DNA of 49,068 nt from Candidatus Methanosuratincola thermotaenarum (GCA_038801655.1 JAULTB010000001.1:1-49068), one strand, 5' to 3'. Shown: positions 16,815 to 25,131, numbered from the stretch's first letter. Notes: a model not told the origin generated them from the sequence alone. Program-made: numbers and translations.

Positions 16815-17330
16815 ATGGAGCCCAGAGAAAGGCGGTCCTTCATTCTGATATACGTCGCGGTTTTCGGAGCCCTCTCCATAGTGCTGAGCAGCATCCGTGT
16901 CTCTTTCCCGCTCGGGAACCCGAACCTGGGTTCAACCCCTGTCTCCATTGCCGCGTCGGCCTCGCCAGGTCTTGCCGCATTCGCCGTCGGCTTGATAAAG
17001 GGTCTCGGGGTCTCGCTCTGGACAGGTCAGGCGCTGATAGAGATACCTGCTGGAATCGGGGACGGCATGATGGGCATCCTGACCTCCTGGCTCTCTAGGA
17101 GGATAAACCCTGTGCTGGCGGTCGCAGTAGGGCAGCTCAGCCGCTACTTCTTAACCTCCGGAATGATCGCGCTCTCCCTCACGATCAGCAAGTCCTACCC
17201 GGGTTTCTTGGAGGCTTGGATTGCCATGATCCCAGCAATTACTGCGTCTATAATCGTGAACCTGGTGCTTTCTACCGCTGCAGTCGCAGGCTTGCGGCGG
17301 TTCTATCCATCCGTTTTCAGGAGGTCTTGA
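16815..17330 (+). CDS. Small 5-6 TM membrane protein, ECF S-component-like (putative vitamin or precursor transporter)
   Basis: 171 aa. It starts 2 nt after the PPS stop. The hydrophobic segments and the pattern FPLGNPNLGSTPVSIAA....GLIKGLG resemble substrate-capture components of vitamin transporters. The assignment is by pattern only. Confidence 0.45.
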   Translation: MEPRERRSFILIYVAVFGALSIVLSSIRVSFPLGNPNLGSTPVSIAASASPGLAAFAVGLIKGLGVSLWTGQALIEIPAGIGDGMMGILTSWLSRRINPVLAVAVGQLSRYFLTSGMIALSLTISKSYPGFLEAWIAMIPAITASIIVNLVLSTAAVAGLRRFYPSVFRRS

Positions 17331-17493
17331 GTGCTTTCCGTCACCTGGTGGTGCAAAGCCCGCACCTCCATGGTCGGGATTTTTCAAGCACTGCATACCC
17401 TGGAGATAAAACACCGCCGGACATATTCACGGATAAGAATTTATTCCTGCATTATGAGTCATAAGTGAGCGACAGCGGTGCTGCCGCCCAGGG

Positions 17494-18939
17494 GTGTTAG
17501 GTTTGGATACAAAAACCGCTGTTCAGATATTTGGCACGCTCGCAGAGAGCAAGCCAGTTCAGTTCGCCCTCCGTAGGGTGAGCGAGTATTGTCCTGAGGA
17601 CGGTAAGTCGCGGCTCGAGGTTGCGCTCGAGCTCTTCACCGGCGTCAGGGACGAGGCTTGCCTGAAGTGCAGGATGGCCGAGAAGACGGTTTCTGCCTTC
17701 ATATCATTGGGCGGGAAGGCGTTCGGCGCCAGCAGTGAAGAGATGAAAGAAAAGTTCAGGGATAAGTACTGGAGGCGCGGCCTCGCGAACGTCGTGAAGG
17801 GGATTTCAATATTCGGCGTCCGGAAGCCCTTCGTGCCAGGCGCCCCCTTCCAGGTCGTCTGGAACGTGACCAACAGCTGCAACCTGCGCTGCAAGCACTG
17901 CTATGCGAATGCAGGGCAGAGCCCGGATCTGGACCTCCCCACAGAGGATGCCAAGCGGGTCATAGACAGGATAGCGGAGTGGGGCGTTGTGGTCCTCGCA
18001 TTCTCTGGCGGGGAGCCACTGGTCCGGAGGGACATACTCGATCTTGCAAGGCACTCCTCTTCGAGGGGCCTCTACACCGCAATAGCTACAAACGGCGTGC
18101 TCCTTACAAAAGAAAGGTGCAGAGAGCTCAGGGAAGCCGGGGTCGAATACCTCCAGATAAGCCTTGACGGGGCGAAGGCAGAGACCCACGACTCATTCAG
18201 GGGTATAGATGGCATGTTCGCCAGGACCGTCGAGGGCGTCAGGAATGCCGTGGAAGCCGGCTTCTTCGTGAACATCGCCACAACCGTCACAAGGCACAAT
18301 CTCGAGGAAATACCTGATATGATAGCCCTCTGCGAGGATCTTGGAGTAGACTGGTTCATGATGTACAACTTCGTACCTACCGGAAGAGGGAAGTTCATAG
18401 AGGAGAACGACCTCTCGCCCCGCGAGAGGGAGAACTTGCTCAGGACGCTTTGGGAGAGGATGAAGACGAGCAAATTGAACCTCCTTTCCACCGCGCCGCA
18501 GTTCGCTAGGGTTGCGCTCGAGGTAGAGGGCGCGTCCTGCAGCGTCGTGCCTACCCACTTCTCAAACACAGAGCTCCCTGGGCAGCTCCACTCACTCGCC
18601 GATTTCATAGGGGGCTGTGGGGCAGGGCGTTTCTACATCGCCCTCGAACCGAACGGGGACATAACCCCGTGCGTCTTCCTTCCTAAGAAAGTGGGTAACA
18701 TTCTTGAGGAATCGCCTGAGCACCTCTGGGTCGAGCTGGAGGACTTCCGAAGATTGAGAGACAGAGGCGTCCTCCAAGGGGGCTGCGGCTCCTGCGACTA
18801 CAGGTTCGTCTGCGGCGGGTGCAGAGCCCGGGCGTACGGGTACTTCGGAGACTTCACGCTCCCGGATCCGGGGTGCATCCGTAACGAGGATGAATACAAA
18901 AAGCTTACCGGTACCCAAGGCGCACCTCAAGCCGTTTGA
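17494..18939 (+). CDS. Radical SAM / SPASM-domain enzyme with N-terminal extension of about 115 aa
   Basis: The C-x3-C-x2-C cluster motif is NVTNSCNLRCKHCYA. The SPASM-type cysteines are GGCGAGRFYIALEPNGDITPCVF and CGSCDYRFVCGGCRARAY...DPGC. The extension contains YCPEDG...CLKCRMAEK. The start codon is GTG. Confidence 0.85.
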   Translation: MLGLDTKTAVQIFGTLAESKPVQFALRRVSEYCPEDGKSRLEVALELFTGVRDEACLKCRMAEKTVSAFISLGGKAFGASSEEMKEKFRDKYWRRGLANVVKGISIFGVRKPFVPGAPFQVVWNVTNSCNLRCKHCYANAGQSPDLDLPTEDAKRVIDRIAEWGVVVLAFSGGEPLVRRDILDLARHSSSRGLYTAIATNGVLLTKERCRELREAGVEYLQISLDGAKAETHDSFRGIDGMFARTVEGVRNAVEAGFFVNIATTVTRHNLEEIPDMIALCEDLGVDWFMMYNFVPTGRGKFIEENDLSPRERENLLRTLWERMKTSKLNLLSTAPQFARVALEVEGASCSVVPTHFSNTELPGQLHSLADFIGGCGAGRFYIALEPNGDITPCVFLPKKVGNILEESPEHLWVELEDFRRLRDRGVLQGGCGSCDYRFVCGGCRARAYGYFGDFTLPDPGCIRNEDEYKKLTGTQGAPQAV

Positions 18940-19026
18940 AAGTGCTGAAGGAGACTGGAAAAAGCTTTTAAACTCAGGAATTTTCTTTCTGCTTGTTCAT
19001 AATTAATTGATTGGAAGGTTTTTGGG

Positions 19027-20223
19027 ATGGAGATAAAGAAGATAGCGTTGGCTTATTCGGGCGGCCTTGACACCTCTGTGGCGATCAAGTGGCTTTCTGA
19101 GAAGTACGGATCCAAGATAGTCACAGTAACGGTCGATGTAGGACAGGAGGAAGACTTCAGGGCAATTGGCGAGAAGGCACTCAATGTGGGGGCAGAGAAC
19201 CACTACACGGTCGACGCGAAGGAGGAGTTCATAAGGGAATACGTCTTCCCTTCGATCAAGGCAAACGGGCTATACCAGGGGAAGTACCCTGTATCCACTG
19301 CGCTCAGCAGGCCGCTGATAGCCAGGAAGCTGGTAGATATCGCGCACAGGGAGGGCTGCGACGCCGTGGCCCACGGCTGCACAGGCAAGGGCAACGACCA
19401 GCTAAGGATCGAGATATCGTGCAGGGCGCTCGACCCGACCATGAAGATACTCGCCCCGACCAGGGAATGGGGAATGAGCCGGGATCAGGAGGTCGAGTAC
19501 GCGATTAAGCACGGCATCCCTGTGTCTCGGGCTGCTAAGAAATACAGCATAGACCAGAACCTCTGGGGGAGATCCATCGAGAGCGGCCCGCTCGAGAACC
19601 CTTGGAACAGCCCAGAGGAGGACGGATGGGAGTGGACGACCTCGCCTGAGCGCGCACCTGACAAGCCAACCGTAATCGAGCTCGAGTTCAGGAAAGGCGT
19701 CCCGGTCGGGATCAACGGGGAGGCCTGCTCGCCAGTCGAGTTGGTGAGGCGGCTAAACAAGGTGGCCGGCGAGAACGGGGTTGGCAGGATTGACCACATG
19801 GAGGACCGGATTGTTGGCATAAAGTCGCGCGAGACGTATGAGTGCCCCGCCGCCCTAACGATACTTGAAGCTCACAAGGACCTCGAGAAGCTGGTGCTCA
19901 ACAGGCATGAACTCGGCTTCAAGAGGTTGGTCGACGAACAGTGGACCTTCATGGTCTATGCGGGCTTCTGGGACGACCCCCTCAGGGAGGAGCTAGATGC
20001 CTTTTTAAACAAGGCAAACGATCGCCTTGACGGGCGGGTCAAGATCAAGCTCTACAAGGGCTCGATGATCGTCGTCGGCAGGGAGTCCCCCAACTCGGTC
20101 TACGACTTCAGGACAGCCACCTACGACTCCTCGTCCACCTTCGATCAGTCCCTATCCAAGGGATTCGTCGAGCTTTGGGGCCTGCCCACGGTCGTAGCAA
20201 GGAAGATTATGTCAGGGCGCTGA
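19027..20223 (+). CDS. argG: Argininosuccinate synthase
   Basis: 398 aa with IALAYSGGLDTSV (N-type ATP-PPase motif), AHGCTGKGNDQLR and SIDQNLWGRSIE. Confidence 0.95.
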   Translation: MEIKKIALAYSGGLDTSVAIKWLSEKYGSKIVTVTVDVGQEEDFRAIGEKALNVGAENHYTVDAKEEFIREYVFPSIKANGLYQGKYPVSTALSRPLIARKLVDIAHREGCDAVAHGCTGKGNDQLRIEISCRALDPTMKILAPTREWGMSRDQEVEYAIKHGIPVSRAAKKYSIDQNLWGRSIESGPLENPWNSPEEDGWEWTTSPERAPDKPTVIELEFRKGVPVGINGEACSPVELVRRLNKVAGENGVGRIDHMEDRIVGIKSRETYECPAALTILEAHKDLEKLVLNRHELGFKRLVDEQWTFMVYAGFWDDPLREELDAFLNKANDRLDGRVKIKLYKGSMIVVGRESPNSVYDFRTATYDSSSTFDQSLSKGFVELWGLPTVVARKIMSGR

Positions 20224-20227
20224 GATC

Positions 20228-21733
20228 TTGGAGGGACCTGCCTTGAAGATTACTCGCGGCGGGCGGCTCTCCGGGGATCTGACCGGCGATGTGGCGAGAT
20301 TCACCTCCTCCGCAGAGCACGACCATTACATAGCGGATGCTGTGATCGAGATAAACATGGCGCATGTTCTTGCGCTGGCGAGCTCTAAATGCATTGGAAA
20401 GGAGGAAGCGGCGGCCCTCCTCTCAGCCCTCTGCAGCCTGTCCGGCAGGGTGAGGCACGTCCCTCCTGAAATGGAGGACATCCACATGGTCGTCGAGGAG
20501 GAGGTCACGCGCCTTGCCGGTCAGGAGACAGGCGGGAAGATGCATACAGGCAAGAGCCGGAACGATCAGGTTGCGACAGCGATAAGGATGCGCCTGAGAG
20601 CCTTTCTCATTGAGATCTGTGACGGGATCATCTCGCTCCAGCGCTCGCTGCTCAAAAGGGCCGCTGAGCCAGAAGGCAGGGCAGTCGTTCCCGGGTACAC
20701 TCACCTCCAGCACGCCCAGCCTGTTACGATCGCACACTGGCTCCTTGCTCACCACGACTCGATCAAGAGGGACTTCGACAGGCTGATCTGCTCATATCCC
20801 AGGGTCAACCTCTGCCCCATGGGCGCCGCTGCCCTCGCAGGGACTGGGTTCAAGATTGACAGGTTTGAGATCGCAGGGTACCTTGGGTTCGACGGTCTGC
20901 TGGAAAACACAATGGATGCTGTGTCCTCCAGAGATTTCGCCCTCGAGTTTGCCTCATCCCTCGTGATCCTGATGGTAGATCTGAGCAGGTTTGCGGAGGA
21001 GGTGATTGTCTGGTCGTCCTCGGAATTCGGTTACATCGAGCTACCAGACGATCACGCCTCCACGAGCAGTATCATGCCCCAGAAGAAGAACCCCGTCACC
21101 CTCGAAATCGTCCGGGCGAAATGCGGATCGGTGCTGGGAGAGTTGGTCTCTATCGCGGCTATAATGAAGGCACTGCCACTCGCTTACAACTTGGACATGC
21201 AGGAGCTGACCCCGCACCTTTGGAACGCTTGCGAGTCAGCCTCTCTGTCTGTCAGGGTGCTTGCTGACTTTGTAGACAAAGTAAAGTTCAACGAGTCCCG
21301 GATCAGGTCTTCACTAGACAAGGGATCCTCTGTGGCCACAGAACTTGCAGACGTCCTCGTCAGGGAAGGGGGTCTGCCGTTCCGCAAGGCTCACCACATT
21401 GTAGGTTCTGTAGTCAGGTCTCTTTCTGGTGAGGGTCTTTCCCTTTCTGAGGTTGACCCAGAGCGCCTCCGGTCAATGATATTGGCAGAGTCCGGCATAG
21501 ATCTGCCAAAAGGATCCGTTGAGCGCGCGGTCTCTCCGGAAATGAATGTCGACGTGAGGAATGTGCGTGGCGGCCCTTCTTACGCTGAAGCAAAGCGGAT
21601 GATAATCGAAAGGATGAGATCCTTGGAAGATGAGGAAAAAACTGTAGCGGTGATCCGAGACAAGATCGACAAGGCGAAGGAGAGAATGGAGAAGGAGATC
21701 GCGACTATCCTCCGTTCTGGAGCAAATGAGTAG
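20228..21733 (+). CDS. argH: Argininosuccinate lyase
   Basis: 501 aa with GKMHTGKSRNDQV, PGYTHLQHAQP and the fumarate-lyase signature TSSIMPQKKNP. The start codon is TTG, 4 nt after the end of argG. Confidence 0.93.
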   Translation: MEGPALKITRGGRLSGDLTGDVARFTSSAEHDHYIADAVIEINMAHVLALASSKCIGKEEAAALLSALCSLSGRVRHVPPEMEDIHMVVEEEVTRLAGQETGGKMHTGKSRNDQVATAIRMRLRAFLIEICDGIISLQRSLLKRAAEPEGRAVVPGYTHLQHAQPVTIAHWLLAHHDSIKRDFDRLICSYPRVNLCPMGAAALAGTGFKIDRFEIAGYLGFDGLLENTMDAVSSRDFALEFASSLVILMVDLSRFAEEVIVWSSSEFGYIELPDDHASTSSIMPQKKNPVTLEIVRAKCGSVLGELVSIAAIMKALPLAYNLDMQELTPHLWNACESASLSVRVLADFVDKVKFNESRIRSSLDKGSSVATELADVLVREGGLPFRKAHHIVGSVVRSLSGEGLSLSEVDPERLRSMILAESGIDLPKGSVERAVSPEMNVDVRNVRGGPSYAEAKRMIIERMRSLEDEEKTVAVIRDKIDKAKERMEKEIATILRSGANE

Positions 21734-21917
21734 CGACCTCCTTGACCAGCTTCCCAGTCCTTTCATTCTTAATAATGGCTTCGAGATACTCAGTCCACTT
21801 GAGCCCTGTCCGTTCCGCCCAGACATTGAAATGCTCCCTCAGCTTCCTCTCTGCCTCGGCGTGCCTGTCGCACATCCCTTCGCCCCTTTCCCCTCTTCCG
21901 CAGACCTTGCACCTCAT
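21705..21917 (-). CDS. Small Cys/His-containing protein (70 aa), unknown function, translationally coupled to topA
   Basis: The sequence is MRCKVCGRGERGEGMCDRHAEAERKLREHFNVWAERTGLKWTEYLEAIIKNERTGKLVKEVATHLLQNGG. Its ATG (21917-21915) overlaps the topA stop TGA (21916-21914) as ATGA. Its 3' end overlaps the convergent argH end by 29 nt. The track ORF starts 7 codons earlier, at 21938. Confidence 0.55.
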   Translation of the reverse strand: MRCKVCGRGERGEGMCDRHAEAERKLREHFNVWAERTGLKWTEYLEAIIKNERTGKLVKEVATHLLQNGG

Positions 21918-24028
21918 CCTCTCACCCTCAATGGGCACCCTGGATTAAGGCATACCCTCCAGGGCTTGGCCCAACCCCCAATGACCAACACAGTGGGATA
22001 GCCACAAGCCCTGCATGCCTCCCCTGTGGCCTTCACAGCCCCCCTCTGGGGCAGAGGTGCTGAGAAATTGCACCCTGCGCCGTAGTTCGAGCAGCCCACG
22101 AACCTCTTGCCAGTCTTCCTTGAACGTACAATCCTGAGATGCCCATTTTTGCATGACGGGCAGGAGTCGATCTTCCCCTTCTGGTCCCTCAATCCGTCTA
22201 CGAGGGTGCTGATCTCCGAACCCACAGCCTCGAGCTCAGAGATCATGTGTTCGAAAGCTCCCTTGATGGTCTCTGCCCCTCTTATGAGTACGGATGCGTA
22301 TGTTTCTCTGCCCCCCTCTATTCTCTCCATCCTTTCCTCTAGGTCTCTGGTCAGCCCGATCGACACCAGATCGGGGAATCGCCTCCTCAGCATCTCAATT
22401 ACCCCGCGACCCAGATCCGTCACGTGGATGCTGCTGCCCGAGATATACCCGCGCCTGTAAAGCGTGCTTATTATCTCTGCGCGGGTTGACTTGGTGCCCA
22501 ACCCATTCCTTTCCATGAATCTAATTAGGCTGCTCTGGTTGAACCTAGGGGGCGGATCGGTGAACCTCTCTTCAACCCACACCTTCTCGGCCCTCGTCGC
22601 CTCTCCTTCCTTCGCCTCTGGCAGACTTGAGCTGCCGATCTTCACATAGGGTGCGTAGTGTTTCATCCAGCCAGGATCGTATACCGATTCTGCCTCGACC
22701 TTGAATACGTCGCCCCGTTCCAGCTCGACCTCTATGGTCTTGAAGGATTTCCGGGCTGGAGGTCCGAAAGTAGAGATGAACCGTTTGACTATCAGATCAT
22801 AAACTTTTCTTGAATCTGCCCCGAGTTTATTGGGCTTGATCCCTGTGGGATGGATTGCCGGATGAGCAGGGTCTGACTTCTTGCCCTGCCTGGGCCAGAG
22901 GCCCTTCCCGGAATCTGCATAATTGAGTATCGCGCTTGCGCTCTCCTTATACGCTTCATTCATTCCTAGCTTAGTGAGGATCCCCTTGAAGCCTATCGAG
23001 GGGGGCAGCTGCTGGCTCGACGTCCTTGGGTATGATATCAGCCCCTCGAGGTAGAGGCCCTCTGCTATCTTCTGTGTCCTCCACGGCTGGAACCCGAAAA
23101 CCCTGTATGCCTCACTCTGGAGCTCCCCGAGATCGAAAGGGTGCGGGGGAGGTACTGTCGACTCGCCCTCCTCGACCCGACGTACAGTTCCCGAGGACCC
23201 TTCGCACCTGAGTTTTAGCTCCTCCCCTTCCCCCTTCCTCAATATCGGGTTTTTGGAGTACTCCGCATTGGCGGTCTCTCCGCTTGATAGGAACCTGATC
23301 TCGGCTCCGGAAGTCCAATACGGGTCTGGGATATGGAGCTCTATCTCGTCCTCCCTCTTGCACAGTGCGTCGAGCGTAGGGCTCTGGACCCTGCCTGCGC
23401 TGAGCACCTCGAAGCCTCCTGTGTTGCAGCTGTAGGCGTCCATAATGGCCCTCGAGACGTTCACGCCAAATATCCAGTCAATCTCATGTCTGGCCATGCC
23501 TGCGTTTATGACCGGGATGTCGAGCTCAGAGGTTTTCTCATATGCCCTTAAGAGCTCGTCTCTCGTGAGCGATGAGAACTTCATCCGCCTTGCCTTCGCG
23601 TCTGCGCCGCAGCACGCATTCCTGAGTATCATGAATGCTATCAGGCTTCCTTCGGTGTCATAATCGCAGGCGCTGATGAACGAGTCCGCCTCCTTCGCCA
23701 GCCTTGCGATCTCCTCTAGGAATCGTTTCGCTCGACTTCCACTCGCCGGTCTCCAGACAAGGTTGAATACAGGAAAGCTCCAGCCCTTGCCCTGCTGGGC
23801 TGGGCTGTAGAGGTGCCCTAGCGCGGATACCACTGTGATCGTGTCACCGTCCTTCTGGAACCGGTAGAATGGCAAGCCTTGACCGATCCTGCATACGCCT
23901 CTGCCGCCGAGCGTATATGCTATCTTCTTGGCAGCGCTCGGTTTCTCGCAAACAAGTAAATGGTGAACCACGCCGCCCTCGACCCAAAACTTAATACTTT
24001 TGGGGGCTTTATTAAATGTGGTATGCAA
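21914..24028 (-). CDS. topA: Type IA DNA topoisomerase (archaeal Topo I/III) with C-terminal zinc ribbons
   Basis: The Toprim N-terminus is LLVCEKPSAAKKIA and the active-site Tyr block is LISYPRTSSQQLP. The C-terminus has CPSCKNGHLRIV...FVGCSNYGAGC and CRACGYPTV. The likely true start is the GTG at 23971 (VVHHLLVCEKP), behind a TTTAATAAAG TATA box. Confidence 0.92.
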   Translation of the reverse strand: MHTTFNKAPKSIKFWVEGGVVHHLLVCEKPSAAKKIAYTLGGRGVCRIGQGLPFYRFQKDGDTITVVSALGHLYSPAQQGKGWSFPVFNLVWRPASGSRAKRFLEEIARLAKEADSFISACDYDTEGSLIAFMILRNACCGADAKARRMKFSSLTRDELLRAYEKTSELDIPVINAGMARHEIDWIFGVNVSRAIMDAYSCNTGGFEVLSAGRVQSPTLDALCKREDEIELHIPDPYWTSGAEIRFLSSGETANAEYSKNPILRKGEGEELKLRCEGSSGTVRRVEEGESTVPPPHPFDLGELQSEAYRVFGFQPWRTQKIAEGLYLEGLISYPRTSSQQLPPSIGFKGILTKLGMNEAYKESASAILNYADSGKGLWPRQGKKSDPAHPAIHPTGIKPNKLGADSRKVYDLIVKRFISTFGPPARKSFKTIEVELERGDVFKVEAESVYDPGWMKHYAPYVKIGSSSLPEAKEGEATRAEKVWVEERFTDPPPRFNQSSLIRFMERNGLGTKSTRAEIISTLYRRGYISGSSIHVTDLGRGVIEMLRRRFPDLVSIGLTRDLEERMERIEGGRETYASVLIRGAETIKGAFEHMISELEAVGSEISTLVDGLRDQKGKIDSCPSCKNGHLRIVRSRKTGKRFVGCSNYGAGCNFSAPLPQRGAVKATGEACRACGYPTVLVIGGWAKPWRVCLNPGCPLRVRG
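24007..24016 (-). promoter_or_regulatory. TATA box (TTTAATAAAG) for topA
   Basis: On the minus strand it lies 35 nt upstream of the GTG at 23971. It falls inside the 5' extension of the track ORF, which argues that the extension is not translated. Confidence 0.4.
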
Positions 24029-24118
24029 ATCGCCTCGATCAGGTCCAGGTTTCTCTTGCTTTCGCTGTCCCTCTTCTACAACGCGGCTTTCGTAGACCGT
24101 GTCTGGACTGACCCAAAA

Positions 24119-24580
24119 ATGAGGCGGACACTTGCAGGCGTAGTTGGGACTCTGCTCATAGGTCTCTCCGCCGCCGTGTACTCGATTGACCGGGTCTTCT
24201 TCTCGACGAGCGCTTCGCCTTGCTCCGACTACGGGATATTCCTTGGGCTTCTGCTGTTCCTCGTGGGAGCATGGAAGGGGGGCATGGTTATTGCCTTTGA
24301 CATTGAGCGATCGTGGTCGATCCTGAGATCAAAAAAGACGGTCCTCTGTTTTCTGAACGACCCTATGCAGTCGTCAGCGTACATCGAGGGGATCCTTACG
24401 GCATCGCAGGGCTTCGATAAGGGGAATGGTTTAAAAGTATCCGAGAAGTATTTGAGGTTCGCAGCAGAGGTATGGGCCGAGTCCATGGCCAGGAAAGGTC
24501 TGATAAGGATAGAGAGGGTCCTTGAGAATGGTGTTCTGGGTGATCTGATTGCCAATAAGAGTCTTGTGTCATCAATGTAA
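24119..24580 (+). CDS. Two-TM membrane protein with C-terminal soluble domain, unknown function
   Basis: The sequence is MRRTLAGVVGTLLIGLSAAVYSI...YGIFLGLLLFLVGAWKGGMVIAF followed by about 90 soluble residues. The track ORF begins at 23960 but overlaps the 5' end of topA. ATG 24119 is the first ATG clear of topA, and no obvious TATA was seen upstream of it. Confidence 0.5.
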   Translation: MRRTLAGVVGTLLIGLSAAVYSIDRVFFSTSASPCSDYGIFLGLLLFLVGAWKGGMVIAFDIERSWSILRSKKTVLCFLNDPMQSSAYIEGILTASQGFDKGNGLKVSEKYLRFAAEVWAESMARKGLIRIERVLENGVLGDLIANKSLVSSM

Positions 24581-24755
24581 AGCAGTCCTCTACGAAGACC
24601 CCGAACTCGTTTCCCCAAAAGAGATACTCGAGAAGAACAACGGGCGGTGCCCGAAATGCTCGGCACCCCTGCGCTTCGACTCAAACAGCCTTCGGATCTC
24701 CATTTCAGACGAGAACAGGCGGGGCTTCATGAAGCTATTCCAGAAGAATCTCTGA
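24549..24755 (+). CDS. Small zinc-ribbon protein (68 aa), unknown function
   Basis: MPIRVLCHQCKAVLYEDPELVSPKEILEKNNGRCPKCSAPLRF carries a C-x2-C...C-x2-C ribbon. It overlaps the preceding gene by 32 nt on the same strand. Confidence 0.5.
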   Translation: MPIRVLCHQCKAVLYEDPELVSPKEILEKNNGRCPKCSAPLRFDSNSLRISISDENRRGFMKLFQKNL

Positions 24756-25087
24756 ATCTGCTCGTACTTTTTGTGGTGCAACGACAGTTTTTGCTGAAGT
24801 GTTCGGCAAGAAAGCCTTAGGTCTAAATAGCGGATTGGTTGTTTGTGCCCATTGATGCAGCGATGGGTTATGTCTGCATGAAGCCCATCTGCCTTCTTGG
24901 GAGTCCTTTCTAACCCAGTAGTGCTCGGTCCATAAAGACGAGAAGACCTTCATCGGTGGGGTTTAAGGAGAGGCTTGCTTATGAGGCGGGATGACATATG
25001 CGGGGTCTAGAAGAGCGAAGAATAACCGACCCAATGGACCCATGGGGCAAGAACCTGACCAATTCATTCGAGGGAAAAGCGTCAACC

Positions 25088-25101
25088 ATAAATAAAAAAT
25101 A
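25088..25101 (+). promoter_or_regulatory. TATA-like element (ATAAATAAAAAATA) plus GAGGT Shine-Dalgarno for gcvH
   Basis: The AT block lies 31-44 nt upstream of the ATG at 25132. GAGGT at 25123-25127 lies 4-5 nt before the ATG. Confidence 0.35.
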
Positions 25102-25131
25102 GCAAGAAGCAGAAAGCGGATAGAGGTTGTC

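Noticed and set aside
24756-25087. RNase P RNA or SRP (7S) RNA in the orphan spacer
   Set aside because: The closest string to the P4/CR-I consensus (GGAAAGUCC) is AGAAAGGACUCC on the minus strand, at the wrong position. No GGAAGG-AGCA type SRP helix-8 motif is present. The length also fits only marginally.
24756-25131. Glycine riboswitch upstream of gcvH
   Set aside because: GGAGAG, GGGGCAA and AGGGAAAAG-like strings are present. The conserved CUCUC strand that must pair with GGAGAG is missing, as is the CACCGAAGG core. Spacing does not fit, and gcvH has its own TATA downstream of these strings.
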